Positions 1 to 12,889 are shown, numbered from the stretch's first letter. The stretch: 64,000 nt of DNA from Azolla caroliniana (GCA_043228905.1 JBHGNT010000011.1:1860001-1924000); one strand, 5' to 3'. The notes: generated from the letters alone by a model not told the origin. Numbers and translations are program-made.

Positions 1-1809
1 ATAGCATTCGAGAGTAAGAAACTTGATTCTGCTCAATGTCGGTATACCGTTCAAGGAAAGGAATTATTTGCAGTTATACATGCGCTCAAAACATGGCGCC
101 ATTATCTTTATGGAAATCACTTTGTGGTAACTACGGACCACGAGTCCTTGAAATATTTTTGTGACCAACAAGACTTGAAAGGTCGTAAGGCACGATGGGC
201 TGATCTCATCCAGGACTTTGATTTTTCCATACGATATCGTAAAGGTTCCATGAACACTGTCGCTGATGCACTAAGTCGCATCCGTGAAGTTAACACGCTT
301 AGCTTCACTGAAATATCATCAGATCTTTATGATCACCTTTGAGGAAAGTATCCTGATGACAGTTATTTCGCAAAATACTGGGCTAGAGTTGAGTCTGGAA
401 CAGACACCACCACATCCTCGAAGGAATACTTCCACATTGCTAACGGTTTGCTCTACCGTAATGGGAAGGTTTGTGTTCCAGATTTACCCGAGGTCAAAAA
501 GAGGATTCTTTTTGAATGCCATGATGCACCCTCAGCAGGGCACCCTGGAATACATCGTACACTCGTTCTCATCTCCACTCAATTTTATTGGCTTAAGATG
601 CGTCCTGACATACATAGCTATGTGACTAAATGTCACCAGTGTCAGGTTAACAAAGCCGAGCGACTTAAAGCCGCAGGACTTTTACATCCCTTGGACATTC
701 CCAATAATAAGTGGGAAAGTATATCCATGGATTTTATTGTTAGCCTTCCTCGCACCCAAAAAGGTCATGATGCCATCTGGGTTGTCATTGATCGACTAAC
801 TAAAATGGCCAGATTTATTGCTACTAAAACCACGGTAACAGCTCCTGAATTGGCTTACCAATTCGTTGACGAATTGTTTCGTTTTTATGGGTTACCGATG
901 GATATCGTGAGTGATCGAGATCCAAAGTTTACTAGTGACTTCTGGACACAAGTCTTTAAGCAGTTAGAAACTACGTTGAGCATGAGCTCCACGGATCATC
1001 CTCAATCCGATGGACAGACAGAACGAGTAAATCAAATTATTGAGGACATGCTTCGAGCATACGTTGGTGCAAAACCAACAAAAGGGGAACGTTATCTCCC
1101 AATTTTGGAGTTTGCTTATAACAGCTCCAAGCATACGTCGACGGGATATAGTCCTTTTATGTTGATGTATGGTTTTCAGCCACGAGCCCCGATTGATGTT
1201 ACTATACATCATGATGAGTTGCGAAGTACGCAAAACTTTCTTCGGGATATGCAAGATATGTTGCATATTGCACGAGATAATATAAAAACAGCTCAAGATA
1301 GAGCGCGTTTTTATGCCGATCATCATAGGCAACCTCGTGTATTCAACCCTGGACAGAAGGTATTTTTACGTGTACCTCACAATTCTAAGACATTGTCTAC
1401 GGGTAAGTGCGCTAAGTTAGCCCCACGGTTTTGTGGACCTTTTACAGTCCTCAAACGCATTGGGTCATCAGCCTATCGTCTCGCTCTTCCCGATGGTGTC
1501 GGAATTCATCCAGTCTTTCATGTGAGTCGTCTAAAAGAACTTCTAGGTTCTGGCGACAATACAGTTACGACTGAAACTCTGGTTACTTCTGAAGCATTAT
1601 CTTCTAAACCACATGTACCAGAAAGAATTCTCGATGTTAAAACAAAAAAATTACGTACTAAAGAAATCCGAGAATTCAAAATAAAATGGATGGATAAATC
1701 AATAAAAGATGCCACATGGGAACGCGAAAATACTCTTAGAACTAACTTCCCTAACTTTCCATTGCAAGAGTGCAATGTTTTAAAGAGGGGGAGTATGTTA
1801 CGGGCATGA
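1..1809 (+). pseudogene. pol: G1 pol (RH-IN-chromodomain) with one in-frame TGA at 340-342
   Basis: ORFs 124-342 and 448-1809 share a frame and are separated by a single stop. Confidence 0.88.
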
Positions 1810-3200
1810 CCATATAATATCCCGTGGTAAGAATTTACCGTAGTATTCTATACACGTGGATAAGTGTGAGGGTTAAATGAGAGTGTAAAGAAGGGGAGGA
1901 TTACATTTAATCCTCGGGATTGAGACAACCCATTAGGTCAAGTGTGAACTTGCCTGGGGGCCTTGGGTTTCGCTATAAATAAGAGGCCTAGCTACCCTCA
2001 TTTGATCATCTTTTGACTACATCGAGACTCTGCTCGTGTGGTGGGTCAACTCTTGTAGCGAGCGCGCCAGCACCAGGTACGACTCGACGCCACGGCGGTG
2101 GTATGGGACGCCGATCGAGGCTCGAGTCCGTCTCGATCCCTTCGCTCGGGGGTGGTCGGGTGGATCGGCACCCTTCTTTCTCTTTCTCCTTTCTATCTAT
2201 CTTTTCATTATCCTTATCTTAAGCTTACGTTAGTACCAAGATCTATAATATTTCGGTTCCAACTCTCTGCGCGTTTCTTCTTCTGGAACCATTTCCCGTG
2301 CATTCTCAGCACATCGTGCCGGTCTCCGCTCCACACACTGCGACTTTCTCCGTAGTCTCCTGGTGGGCTTTTCTTTTCGGTTGTGTTGGCACTGGTTCCC
2401 TCTGCGTTGCTGTTTGTCCAGCCGTGCATCTTGCACCACGCTTTTGAGAACATGCACATTGTCGCTACCGCTTTCGGAAACACGCAAATGGACACTAATC
2501 GCAACCTCGCACAAACATTGTTGCCATTCATGCATTCCTCCATAGACTTCCTCCAACATCTTCACCGTCATTTTTGCGTTTCGCCATTTCTTGCACTTAG
2601 TCGTTATGGCTTGCACATCCGCGTATCATTCTTCGACTCCGTCTCCAAAGGGGGGTCTCCTTAGTGGTCGCCATAAGGTGTTGTCGGTTTTAGGGTTAAC
2701 ATTTATGATGATTGGTGATAAGCATTCAGAGATTGATGATGACATTGATAGTGATGAAGATTGAAATGGTGATGGCGATAAGAATCATTGTGGGTGATAG
2801 CATGATGTGCATTGAGAAGCATTGCGGGGTGGGGGGTGGTGCCTAGAATGGCTCCACCCCCCTCCCAAGGGGGTTCAACGTTGAGGGGGAGAGAGAGAGA
2901 GAGAGATGAAAAGAGAGATAGAGAGAAATGTTCCTTCATGTTTCATTCATTCCCCATAAGGGGGTTAAATAGTACAAGAGGGGGTAGATACAAAGGGGTG
3001 AAAGCCCCCTAGAGCATTCATATTGGACACTCACTCACACCTCATCGTATCCCTCCACATGCACACACGTGTGCATGTGTTCACATACATATCGACTCAC
3101 AATTACATTTATGTTCCCTACACATATACAACATCATCATGATACTATTCGACCCTCGCTCATCACACTTGACTCTCCGTACAGCTCGTACGGGGTAACA
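1796..3200 (+). repeat. G1 3' LTR (about 1.4 kb), possibly with a nested LTR-like insert at about 2679-3133
   Basis: Starts right after the PPT; inverted termini; TATA-like ctataaata near 1973. The internal TGTTGT...ACAACA segment has a (GA)n tract but no matching TSD. Confidence 0.8.
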
Positions 3201-3348
3201 ATTGTCGGGGAGCCTGCTTCAGTCCGTACAGGCTCTTCTTCAACCGGCATACCAGGCGCTCCTTCCCTTTCTCTACAAATCCCTCCGGTTGCTGCATGTA
3301 GATCTCCTCTTCGAGGTCGCCGTGAAGGAATGCTGTCTTCACATCCAG

Positions 3349-5376
3349 CTACTCTACCTCGAGGTCCATGCTCGCCCCTATACTCAACACCGTCCGGATG
3401 GAGGTCATCTTTACTACTGGGGCAAATATCTCGTCAAAGTCCACGCCCTTTTTCTGCTGGAACCCCTTCACCACGATCCTGGCTTTGTATCTCGGGGGGT
3501 TGCCGGCATCTCCTGGTTTCAACTTGTACACCCACTTGTTTCGGAGTGCCCGCTTTCCTTTTGGCAACTCCAACAATTCGTACGTATGGTTCTCATGTAG
3601 GGAATCCATCTCATCCTGCATGGCACTTAACCATTTGCGGTTGTGGGCGTCATCCTTCGCTTCTTCGAAGCTTTCCGGCTCCCCCTCATCGGTCAGCAGA
3701 ACATGCTCTGCATCCAGAAATCTCCGGGGCGCCCTTCTCTCTCTGAGAGGATATCTCCGTCTTCGGGATTCGGTAACCGGCTCCTCCATTTTCTCTTCAT
3801 CCGAATCCGATTCGGGGTCTTGGCCGGTTCCGGTTTCAGCTTCCTCTACTTCTTCTTCAGCCTGTTCGGTATCCTCACCGTAACCGGCTGGTCCCTCGAG
3901 TGCTAACCGGTCTCTTGCCGGTTGGGTCTGCTCATCGTAGAGTCGATCCTTACCGGTCGACTCGGAGTTCATTATCTTCTTCTCCGACACCCAGTCGGCG
4001 AGCGTCTTGTCCTCCATGAAGATAATATCTCGACTCCGGAATACCTTCTTGTCGACCAGGTCCCACACTCGGTAGCCGAACTCATCGTCACCATAACTGA
4101 GGAATATGCATGGCCGGGTCTTTGGATCTAACTTTCCTCTCCGGTCCTTAGCTACATGCACGTACGCGAGACACCCGAACACCTTCAGATGCCGGTAGGA
4201 TACTTCCTTACCGGTCCACACTCTCTGTGGCGTGTCTCCGTCCAAGGGTACTGAGGGTGATCTAATAATCACATATATCGCCGTCGACAATGCCTCAGCC
4301 CAAAACTTCTTGGGTAATTTTGCATGCGCTAGCATACTCCGGACCCTCTCCATTATGGTCCGGTTCATCCTCTCGGCCAGTCCGTTTAGTTCCGGCGTCT
4401 TCGGCACGGTAAATTTGAGCCGGATTCCCTTCGAGCGGCAGTACTCCTCGAACTGCCCCCGGTATTCTCCTTTGTTATCTGCTCGAACCGCTTTCAGCTT
4501 CCGACCGGTTTCTCTTTCCACTCTCGCGTGGAGCTCTTTGAAGACGGATAGCACCTGATCCTTCGTCTTCAACGGTGTGGCCCACAGCTTCTGGCTGTGG
4601 TCATCTATGAATGTCACAAAGTACTGCGCTCCGGCATGTGTTTTCGTGTCTACTTGACACACATCCGTATGCACCAACTCCAGTGGTGCATTACGTCTCA
4701 TCGGTGGCCTTGGTCGGAAGGAGGTCCGGTTTTGCTTACCGGCCAAACAATCAGTGCACTTCTCCAAGTGCACGTTCTTCACTGGAATGAGGTTGTCGTC
4801 TGCAAGCCTCTTCATCCCCTTCTCGCTCATATGACACAGCCTCTTGTGCCACAGCTCACCGGCAGTGTCGGATGCCTCGTTCACTTCTTCCAGACATAAC
4901 CGGGCATTCATGAGGTACAATGTGTTGACCTTCCGGGCCTGAGCCACAATCAGGCTCCCTTTCCTGAACTTCATGACACCGTTCCGGATGCTACCCGTGT
5001 AGCCTTCATCATCTAGCCGACCGGCTGATATCAGGTTCAAACGAACCTCCGGAATGTGTCGGACATCCTTCAGCAACAACTTGCATCCGGTTGGTGTTGT
5101 CAGCCACACATCTCCTATGCCGACAATTCGGCATGTACCTTCATTCCCCATCCGGACACAGCCGTGATCACCGGCTGCGTAGAATGAGAAGCATTTCCGG
5201 TCCGGGGTAAGTTGGAACGACGCTCCAGAGTCTACCACCCAGGTCATCTCGTCGCCTTCAAGGTTTATCTCACTCTCCTCGGAGATGAGCATCAACTCTT
5301 CTTCACTTGCCGCGATTGCTGTTGTTCCCTTCCGGTCCGGCCCCCTCCAGTCTTTACCGTTCCGGTCTGGGGTCAA
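3349..5376 (-). CDS. pol: Copia A1 polyprotein fragment (protease, integrase, RT start), 675 aa
   Basis: ORF track with DSGAS, zinc-finger and DDE motifs in copia domain order. Confidence 0.88.
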   Translation of the reverse strand: MTPDRNGKDWRGPDRKGTTAIAASEEELMLISEESEINLEGDEMTWVVDSGASFQLTPDRKCFSFYAAGDHGCVRMGNEGTCRIVGIGDVWLTTPTGCKLLLKDVRHIPEVRLNLISAGRLDDEGYTGSIRNGVMKFRKGSLIVAQARKVNTLYLMNARLCLEEVNEASDTAGELWHKRLCHMSEKGMKRLADDNLIPVKNVHLEKCTDCLAGKQNRTSFRPRPPMRRNAPLELVHTDVCQVDTKTHAGAQYFVTFIDDHSQKLWATPLKTKDQVLSVFKELHARVERETGRKLKAVRADNKGEYRGQFEEYCRSKGIRLKFTVPKTPELNGLAERMNRTIMERVRSMLAHAKLPKKFWAEALSTAIYVIIRSPSVPLDGDTPQRVWTGKEVSYRHLKVFGCLAYVHVAKDRRGKLDPKTRPCIFLSYGDDEFGYRVWDLVDKKVFRSRDIIFMEDKTLADWVSEKKIMNSESTGKDRLYDEQTQPARDRLALEGPAGYGEDTEQAEEEVEEAETGTGQDPESDSDEEKMEEPVTESRRRRYPLRERRAPRRFLDAEHVLLTDEGEPESFEEAKDDAHNRKWLSAMQDEMDSLHENHTYELLELPKGKRALRNKWVYKLKPGDAGNPPRYKARIVVKGFQQKKGVDFDEIFAPVVKMTSIRTVLSIGASMDLEVE

Positions 5377-6452
5377 TTTCGAATCGGTACCGTCGGTTTC
5401 CTTGTCTTTTCGGAAATGCCGACAGTTCTTTTGGAAGCGTCCTGGCTTGCCACAATAGAAGCAAGTAGGCCTTCCCCTTGACTTTGACCGTGTCCCCGAC
5501 TTCTCCCGGTTCTAGGGACTACGGTTTCTATGTCTTCCGCGTTCCGATTCGGTAAGGAGCGCTTTGGAGTCGGAGCTCGTATCTTTATCTTTCCGACGTG
5601 CCTCCTCATCTAGCAAGCTCGACTTTACTCTTGCTAGGGATAACCGTTTTCCTTCCGGCCCGGCGTTGCCCAAAGTGACAACCAACGTCTCCTAGCTATC
5701 TGGGAGGGAACCGAGTAGGAGTAGCGCTAGTACCTCATCGGCGAGAGGTACTTCCAATGAAGTTTCCTGGTGGATCAGCCCCTGGAAGGCATTCATGTGC
5801 TCCGCCATTCTGGAGCCATCTTGGTACCGGAGTCTTACTAGCTTCCGGAATACCGAAACCTGATTAACAACATTTTTGTTTTGAAACATAATGCCGATCT
5901 TCTCCCAGAGCTCATGAGCCTTGCTCTCTTCATTGAAGTTGTTGTATAGGCTCATGTCGATGAAGCACCGTATGTACGCCGTTGTCTCCATGTGCATCAC
6001 CTCCCATATTGTGGCGTCGATCTTGTCCGGTCTCTTGTCCTGAACTGAACCGGTAACCAAAGATCTTTAACCACGAGCATGTCCCTCATCTTCGACTTCC
6101 ACACTGAATAGTTGGAGTCGGTGAGCTTGAACATGCCGCCAAACGATTCGTCCATTTTCTGTGTCGTTTTGCTCTGATACCACTTGACGAGAACTGCATG
6201 CTCCCTATACGTAATGCTCGGCCACAACCGGGCTTAGAGTCATACATAGAAAATGGGAAATAATGAACGACACGAAGAAGGGACGAGTACGCAGGATGTT
6301 TACGTGGAAAACCCAAACTAAGGGAAAAACCATGGCAGCCCACGGGCTGCAAACTATCACTATGTTAGAATGTACAACAGTGAGTTCACGGAGGCAACGA
6401 CCTCGTGCTCACGATCCTCGCCATAGGCGGCGGTTACAACAGAGGCAACGAC

Positions 6453-6484
<32 letters not shown>

Positions 6485-6644
6485 GTACACTGTTACGCGC
6501 TCTCTCTCTCCTTGCACCAACAAGAATGACAACCACAACTAAAAGATTGCCCTAAGTCATATTTATACTAATATGACTTTTCGGCTATTTACAAGTATAG
6601 CCATGATGGACTCTCAGAAACATATTTACGAATATGTCTCTTCA

Positions 6645-6925
6645 TCCGGTGAGCAGTCCTCACCGGGTCTGCACCATTCGGCTCTCCGTAGCCGGGTACT
6701 CCTCATCCGGTTCTCATCGGGTTTGCACCATCCGGCTCTCCGAAGCCGGGTACTCCTCATTCGGTTCTCACCGGGTCTGTGCACCATCCGGCTCTCCGTA
6801 GCCCGGTACTCCTCATCCGGTTCTCACCGGGTCTGCACCATCTGGCTCTCTGTAGCCGGGTACTCCTCATCCGGTTCTCACCGGGTCTGTGCACCATCCG
6901 GCTCTCCGTAGCCGGGTACTCGTCA
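6645..6925. repeat. CCGG-rich tandem repeat (about 54-56 bp, about 5 units) in U3 of the A1 LTR
   Basis: Repeated unit catccggttctcaccgggtctgcaccatccggctctccgtagccgggtactcct. Confidence 0.9.
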
Positions 6926-9900
6926 TACGGTTTCGGCACTGCTCTTCTCCCTTCCCATCCGGAGGGACCTGTCTCCCAACATACTCGCCCATGCAAGAAG
7001 TTGGATGATCGGCGATTAGGTCCTTTCCGTATTATAGGAAATATTAATGATGTTGCCTTTTGTCTTGATCTACCTCTACAACTTCGGATACATCCGGTGT
7101 TTCATAGTTCTCTCCTTGAACCCTATCAAGAGAGCACCATCCCAGGACGTATTACACAACCTCCACCCCCGATCGAGCTTGAAGATGGACCTGAGTACGA
7201 GGTTGCCTCCATCCTTGATACCAAGATTGTTCGCAACAAGCTCTACTATCTAGTCAATTGGCTAGGATATAGTCCCAACGAGCGTACTTGGGAACCGATA
7301 GAGAATGTGACCAATGCTCGTGCTCTTCTTGAAGATTCCATCGTCAATATCCAGACAAACCCGGTCCTCAATCCAAAATGACTCGTGACACTCGTCGTTT
7401 TAAAGGGGGGATAGTGTCATGATATGGCAAGACTCGAACCCATGACCTTATGGTACATGGGTCGAGCTCTTGACCATTAGACCATACATTTTTGTAAAAA
7501 GTAACATGCAGAAGCAAGTATGAAGACCGAACAGAAGGAAGAAAACTCAGGTTTTAATGGAGAGCTTGAGCTTACGCAGTATACGCGGGAGAGACAGAGA
7601 GAGTGAGAGAGGAAAACAAGAACTATATTAAAAAAAGGTACACAATCTCTATTCACCACACTCTATACATATGTGTGTTCAATGAACACTTTTATACAAG
7701 TCCGAGAAGGACTGACAAAAGTACTAACAATACTTCAATGCTCATTAAGAGCTCCTACACTAACTCCCAAATATATTCCTCACGGAATATCTTTCCTAAC
7801 GGCCTCCCGGTTTACGCACCGATCCGGCCCTACCTACGCACCGGTTTGCGTACCGGTTTACGCATTCGGCCTAACCGATCGGTCCCAACCGATCCGGTCC
7901 TCGGCTTCTTCAGCCGATCCGGCCGATGTTGAGCTTGTCTCTCAACACTCCCCCTCAAGCTCAACTTGAGGTTCCGCCTGTTCGGCCGGACCTACGCTCT
8001 GGCTTCTCCTAGCTCCACGCCTCGCTCGCGCTCCTCGACCTGTTCGACTCCGCGCGCTTCGACCCTTCTGGCCGGCTTGTCTGTTCCCACGGCCCTTCGC
8101 AGGTCCCTTGTTGTCGCGGTGTTGGCGCTTCTCTTGCTGCCTTCTTTTGCGCTTGGCCCTCAGTTGATTCAGTGTATCTGAATCAAACATCCGAACCGAC
8201 TCGGCTACCTGCGATCGGTTTTCGCTCTCGTCCGAGTTGGCTGTCTCCAACTTGTCTTCGGTCTTCTCGCCCTCGACGGCGTCATCTTCCCTATGCGTGG
8301 TTGGCTTCGGCTCTCTCCTTCGACTGTTCCCCTTCTGTCCGCTTCCGGACTTTTCCGCGGGTCCGCCCTCGGCTTCTTCAGCCGATCCGGACCCGAAGTC
8401 GAACTCGACAACCGAGTCAACCGACTAAGTGTCGCGGTCTCCGCTCCTTTCCTGCTGCCTTGCTTGGTTGTTCGGGACTAGTCTCCCCCTCAAGTTTGGC
8501 ACGTCGAGGTGACGCAATACGAGCGCACCCGAGAATTGCCGCAACTTGTCCAGACCAAGAGGCTTGGTGAAGATGTCGGCAGTCTGCCGATCCGTCGGAA
8601 CGTATTGAAGTTTGACTTCACCGGAAAGGACATGCTCACAGACGAAATGGTAGTGCACCTCAATGTGCTTGGTCCATGCGTGGAAAACGGGGTTTTTCGC
8701 GAGCTGGATGCTGCTGAGGTTGTCGCAGTAGATTGTCGTCAGATCTGACACCTCCTCTTGCAGGTCCCTAAGTAGCCGCTTCAACCATATGGCTTCGCAT
8801 GTCGCGATAGCCGCTCCTCGGTACTCAGCTTCGGTGCTTGACAGTGCAACTGTCGGCTACTTCTTACCGGTCCACGCGATCGCGGCACTCCCGAGGGAGA
8901 ACGCGTATCCGGATGTGGATCGGCGATCGGCGGCGTTGCCAGCCCAATCAGCATCGGTGTAGCCGACTAACTGCACGGCTGCACCGGTTCGATATAGCAG
9001 TCCCCGGTCCTTAGTGCCGTTGACATACCAAAGTATGCGTTGCGCACACTGGAGGTGCTCCTTGGTAGGTCGCGCTATGAACTGACTGATCACTCCGACC
9101 GGATAACTGAGGTCGGGTCGGGTGATGGTCAAGTATATGAGGCTTCCGACAATTTGTCGGAACCTCGTCGGGTCGCATACCTTTCCCGTATCGGGAAGAA
9201 GCTTGACGGTTCTGTCCAGAGGAGTCGAGACGGACTTACAGTCGGCCATCCCGAATTTGAAGAGCATATTCAGCGCGTAATGACGTTGGCTGATTAGTAT
9301 GCCTTCGGGGGTGCGGATCACTTCGATCCTGAGGAAGTAAGGAAGGTCCCCCAGATCCTTCATGTCGAACAATGCCGCAAGCTGGAGCTTCACACGGTCG
9401 ATTTCACCTAGGTCAACGCCGGTGATGACCAAGTCATCAACATATAATAAAATACTATATGGTCCGAGTCGACCTTTCCGGATGAACAGGGAAGAGTCTG
9501 ATTTTGACGTGACGAAGCCCATCCGACGCAATTGTTGCGTGATTTTCGTGTTCCAGGCACGCGGGGCTTGCTTCAGTCCGTAAAGGGACTTCTTCAGTCG
9601 GCAAACTGCCGAGGAGTTCGTTCAAGAGTGAAATCTGGGGGGTTGTACCATGTACACATGTTCCTCAAGGTCACCTTGCAGGAACGCATTCTTTACATCC
9701 ATTTGATGTAGGTGCCACCCCTTCACCGCAGCTACTGCGAGCAAAACACGGACGGTCGTCATTTTCGTGATCGGCGCAAACGTCTCGTCGTAGTCGATGC
9801 CGTGTTTCTGCGCATAGCCCTTTGCCACTAGCCGAGCCTTGTACCGGTTGACGGAGCCATCGGTGTTGTACTTGACCTTGTACACCCACCTACACCCGAT

Positions 9901-10746
9901 CGGCTTCACACCCTTCGGTGCGTCAACCAGGTTCCATGTCTCGTTCTCCGCCAACGCGTGCATCTCTTCCTCCATTGCGGCACACCAAGTCGCGTCTTTA
10001 GCCGCTTCTGCGTAGCTCTCCGGCTCATGCACTTCCGCTACACGGGTCATGTACGCATAGTGATGCGCCATGTACTCGTTGTATTCGAACCGCACAACTG
10101 GGTTCTTTTGGCGGGTAGATCGACGCAATCAGTTATTTGCCGATGTCGAGGTCTTCTTGGCCGACGCGGACTTCGTTCCTGAAGGTCCGTCGCCGCTTCC
10201 CTCGAAGTCGGACTTGCGTTGGTCCGACCCGTTCCTATCCGTGCCGGAATCCGACACCTTCTTCTTCCCTTTCTCTTCGCGCGTAAGCCGTCTCCTCGGC
10301 TTCCTACGCGGGGAATGCACGGCCAAGTCTCCACTACTCGCCGGCTCTTCATCGGACTGGTCGTACCAACTCAGCCGTCCAATCGGTTCACTTAAACGGA
10401 GTGAAATCGATTTCAGGCTCATCCGGAGGCATCTCGGCTGACCTCATCGTCAGAGCTCGGATTGGAGTCGGGGTGCGGAGTCAAGGACTGGTACCAGGAC
10501 GCGGACTCGTCAAACACAACGTTACGGCTAACCCGTGCTTGTTTGTTGCGAGGGTTATAGCACTTATAGCCCTTCTACTCGTCCGAGTAACCGACCAAGA
10601 TGCATTTCTCAGCCTTTGCGTCCAACTTCCTCCTTTTCTCCTTCGGTACATGCACATACGCAATGCTACCGAACACCCTCAAGTGTCGCAAGTTCAGCTT
10701 CGTTCCGAAATATAGCTCGTGCGTCGACACTTTGTCTCCGATCCGG

Positions 10747-11371
10747 TGTCGTGAAGAAACTCGTCCACAAGCGGAATCGGTGCACCGGAGCGTAGGAACC
10801 GGCTCTTCATACACGTGCGCCTTATGTTGTACATAGAAGATCCTCGGTAGGTAGGAAGTTAATAGGAAACGGCTCCTTCCTTGCCTATAAAAGGAGGGAG
10901 ACAAGGAGGGGAGAGGGATCGCGGAGAGTCGAGGACGAAGTGCTGTCGGTTTGCGTGCGAAGGCTTCTCTCTCTCTCTGGTTCGAAAACTCCATAGCTTC
11001 CTTCTGTGCAGGTTTCGGGAGGCTCGCGCTGCGCTGAGGAATGCCCGAGTGCTTCCGGCAGCACCTCCAACCTGGTCCTGTCTTTCTGTGCGTTTACGAA
11101 CAAGCATCGGCATCTGTTCGCCGGCCTGTTCGGTTGTAATCGACTTCGTGTTTTTGTTGCTTCCGTGTTCTTGTTGTTGTCTTTGTTAATACATACATAC
11201 ATTCGTGTCTCTCTGTGTCGCTGTCCCACTCGCGTCTTTGTGTCGAAGGGCCGTGTCCCTGTGAATCTACGTTCGCACGTAGTGGGTCTCTTGTCCTTTC
11301 TCTCTTGCTCTTCGGTACAGGACCCTTGAGGTCCCGCCTCATTCCACGCATCCGCGAGGAAAACCTCGACA
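10747..11371 (+). mobile_element. Solo LTR of the Trp-primed gypsy family, 4-bp TSD CCGG
   Basis: TGTCGTGAAGAA...CGACA flanked by ccgg at 10743-10746 and 11372-11375. Removing it plus one CCGG restores the host frame IQNR-IGDK. Confidence 0.9.
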
Positions 11372-12889
11372 CCGGTTCTGGATGTATACCGTGGTCCTTA
11401 CCGCCCCGGCCCAATAGAACTTGGGCAAACTCTTCTCCTCCAGCATTGCCCGTGCCGCTTCCACAACTGACCGATTCTTCCTCTCGGCCACCCCGTTCTG
11501 CTCCGGCGTGAATCTACAACTGAATTCGCGTCGAATTCCCATTTGTTGTAGATAATCGTTGAATTGACCAGAAAAGTACTCTTTCCCGCCATCCGACCGC
11601 AGGCACTTGATCTTTCGTTCCGTTTCCGTTTCCACGAACCCTTTGAGGTCCCGGAAACAGTTGAAGACTTCACTCTTCCTCTCAATGAGGTAGATCCACG
11701 TGTGCCGCATGTGGTCGTCGATGAAGGAGACGAAATATCGGCTCCCGCCAAGACTAACGTTTTGTGCCGGCCCCCATACATCGGAGTATATAAGGTCGAG
11801 CTTGTTCCGGCTCCGGTTTCGCTCGTTGGGGAAAGGAAGTCGGTGTTGCTTCCCGAGTTGGCAGGCTTCACAAATTTGTGCCTTTCCACCACTAAATTTG
11901 GGCAATCCGAACACTACCTGTTTCGATTGCAGATCTTGAAGCCGCTGGTAGTTGACGTGGCCTACCCGCTTGTGCCACAAGTCGATGTCCGACTCGGATT
12001 TTTGTCCCTTCGCGAACATTGCGGTGCTGCCGTCAGTGGAGTCGAGGATGAACATCCTCCTGTCTCTGCGCCCTTGCGCAATCACACGGCCTTCTTCCTC
12101 AATGAAGCACCCGAGGTGTGTAAACCGAACCTCCATCCCTTGGTCGACGATCTGTTCGACCGAGACCAAGTTCTTCGTGATTGTCGAAACGTGCAACACG
12201 TTCATGAGTTTCCCTTTCTGCCCGACATGGCTAAGGGGAACTTCTCCGACATTCGCGATCGGATCCGGAGTGTCGTCTCCAGTTGCGACTACTCCAGGTT
12301 GTATCGGTTTTTCAAGGTACAAGAACCACTCCTTATGGCTCGTCATGTGGTTTGACGCGCCGGAGTCTACGTACCACACCTCGTCCGATCTCGGGGTGGT
12401 CCGTTTCATTGAGTTTGCTTCGTGTCTCGTCACGAAGGAAGACCCTTCTCTGGCTCTCCCGGAGTCTTTGGCGTAGTGCGATCGTTGCCGATTTCCCTTG
12501 TCGGTATGTCTGGAGCCGTTTCTGGAACCGGTTCTCTCCGAATCGGCGCGCTTCTTCCAACACTCATTTTCCCTGTGGCCTTTCTTGCCACAGTACCAGC
12601 ACTCCGCGATGGCCTTCCCTTGCCGGTTCTCATCGCTTCGACTCCCCCTGTTTCCGGAGGGTCCGGAGTTGCTGTCGGCATCACTTCGGTGCCTTCTTCC
12701 TTGATCTCGTCGGCCGCTTCCATTGCGTACCGACTCGCCTCGTCCGCCACGACCACGGGGCCTTTCTCCCTCCGTGTACAACATCTTGCTGTCGGTGTGC
12801 GTGCTTGTCAACGCACCCACGTGGTTCTCCTCTACCAGGAGCATCGACTGTAAGTCGAAAAAGTACGGCGTATTCTCCCGGGTACACAC
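11339..12889 (-). CDS. Copia B gag(zinc knuckle)-PR-IN fragment, 516 aa
   Basis: ORF track; its C-terminus runs into the inserted solo LTR. Confidence 0.85.
   Translation of the reverse strand: MCTRENTPYFFDLQSMLLVEENHVGALTSTHTDSKMLYTEGERPRGRGGRGESVRNGSGRRDQGRRHRSDADSNSGPSGNRGSRSDENRQGKAIAECWYCGKKGHRENECWKKRADSERTGSRNGSRHTDKGNRQRSHYAKDSGRAREGSSFVTRHEANSMKRTTPRSDEVWYVDSGASNHMTSHKEWFLYLEKPIQPGVVATGDDTPDPIANVGEVPLSHVGQKGKLMNVLHVSTITKNLVSVEQIVDQGMEVRFTHLGCFIEEEGRVIAQGRRDRRMFILDSTDGSTAMFAKGQKSESDIDLWHKRVGHVNYQRLQDLQSKQVVFGLPKFSGGKAQICEACQLGKQHRLPFPNERNRSRNKLDLIYSDVWGPAQNVSLGGSRYFVSFIDDHMRHTWIYLIERKSEVFNCFRDLKGFVETETERKIKCLRSDGGKEYFSGQFNDYLQQMGIRREFSCRFTPEQNGVAERKNRSVVEAARAMLEEKSLPKFYWAGAVRTTVYIQNRCRGFPRGCVE

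Larger units (their letters stand above)
1..3200 (+). mobile_element. Ty3/gypsy chromovirus G1, 3' part (RNase H, integrase, chromodomain, PPT, 3' LTR)
   Basis: RNase H motifs (ELFAVIHALKTWRHYL, TDHESL, VADALSR); integrase H-H-C-C and DFI..DRD..E; GPY/F (PRFCGPF); chromodomain (PERILD..KW..ATWE). PPT aagagggggag at 1783-1793. LTR 1796-3200 has TGTTAC...GTAACA ends. Inserted into the RT region of copia A1. Confidence 0.92.
3201..6981 (-). mobile_element. Ty1/copia family A, copy A1 (Tnt1/Tork-like): 5' LTR 6185-6981, PBS, gag-PR-IN-RT(N-terminal part)
   Basis: PBS TGGTATCAGAGC (tRNA-iMet) at 6171-6182. Gag MDESFGGMFKL.., protease WVVDSGAS, integrase WHKRLCH/CTDC/VHTDVC/NGLAERMNRT, RT YKARIVVKGF and [14 protein letters not shown]. 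Frameshifts and stops in gag. Confidence 0.93.

Noticed and set aside
2679-3133. Separate solo LTR or telomeric seed inside the G1 LTR
   Set aside because: TGTTGT/ACAACA ends but the flanks differ (taagg vs tcatc), and there is only one TTTAGGG.
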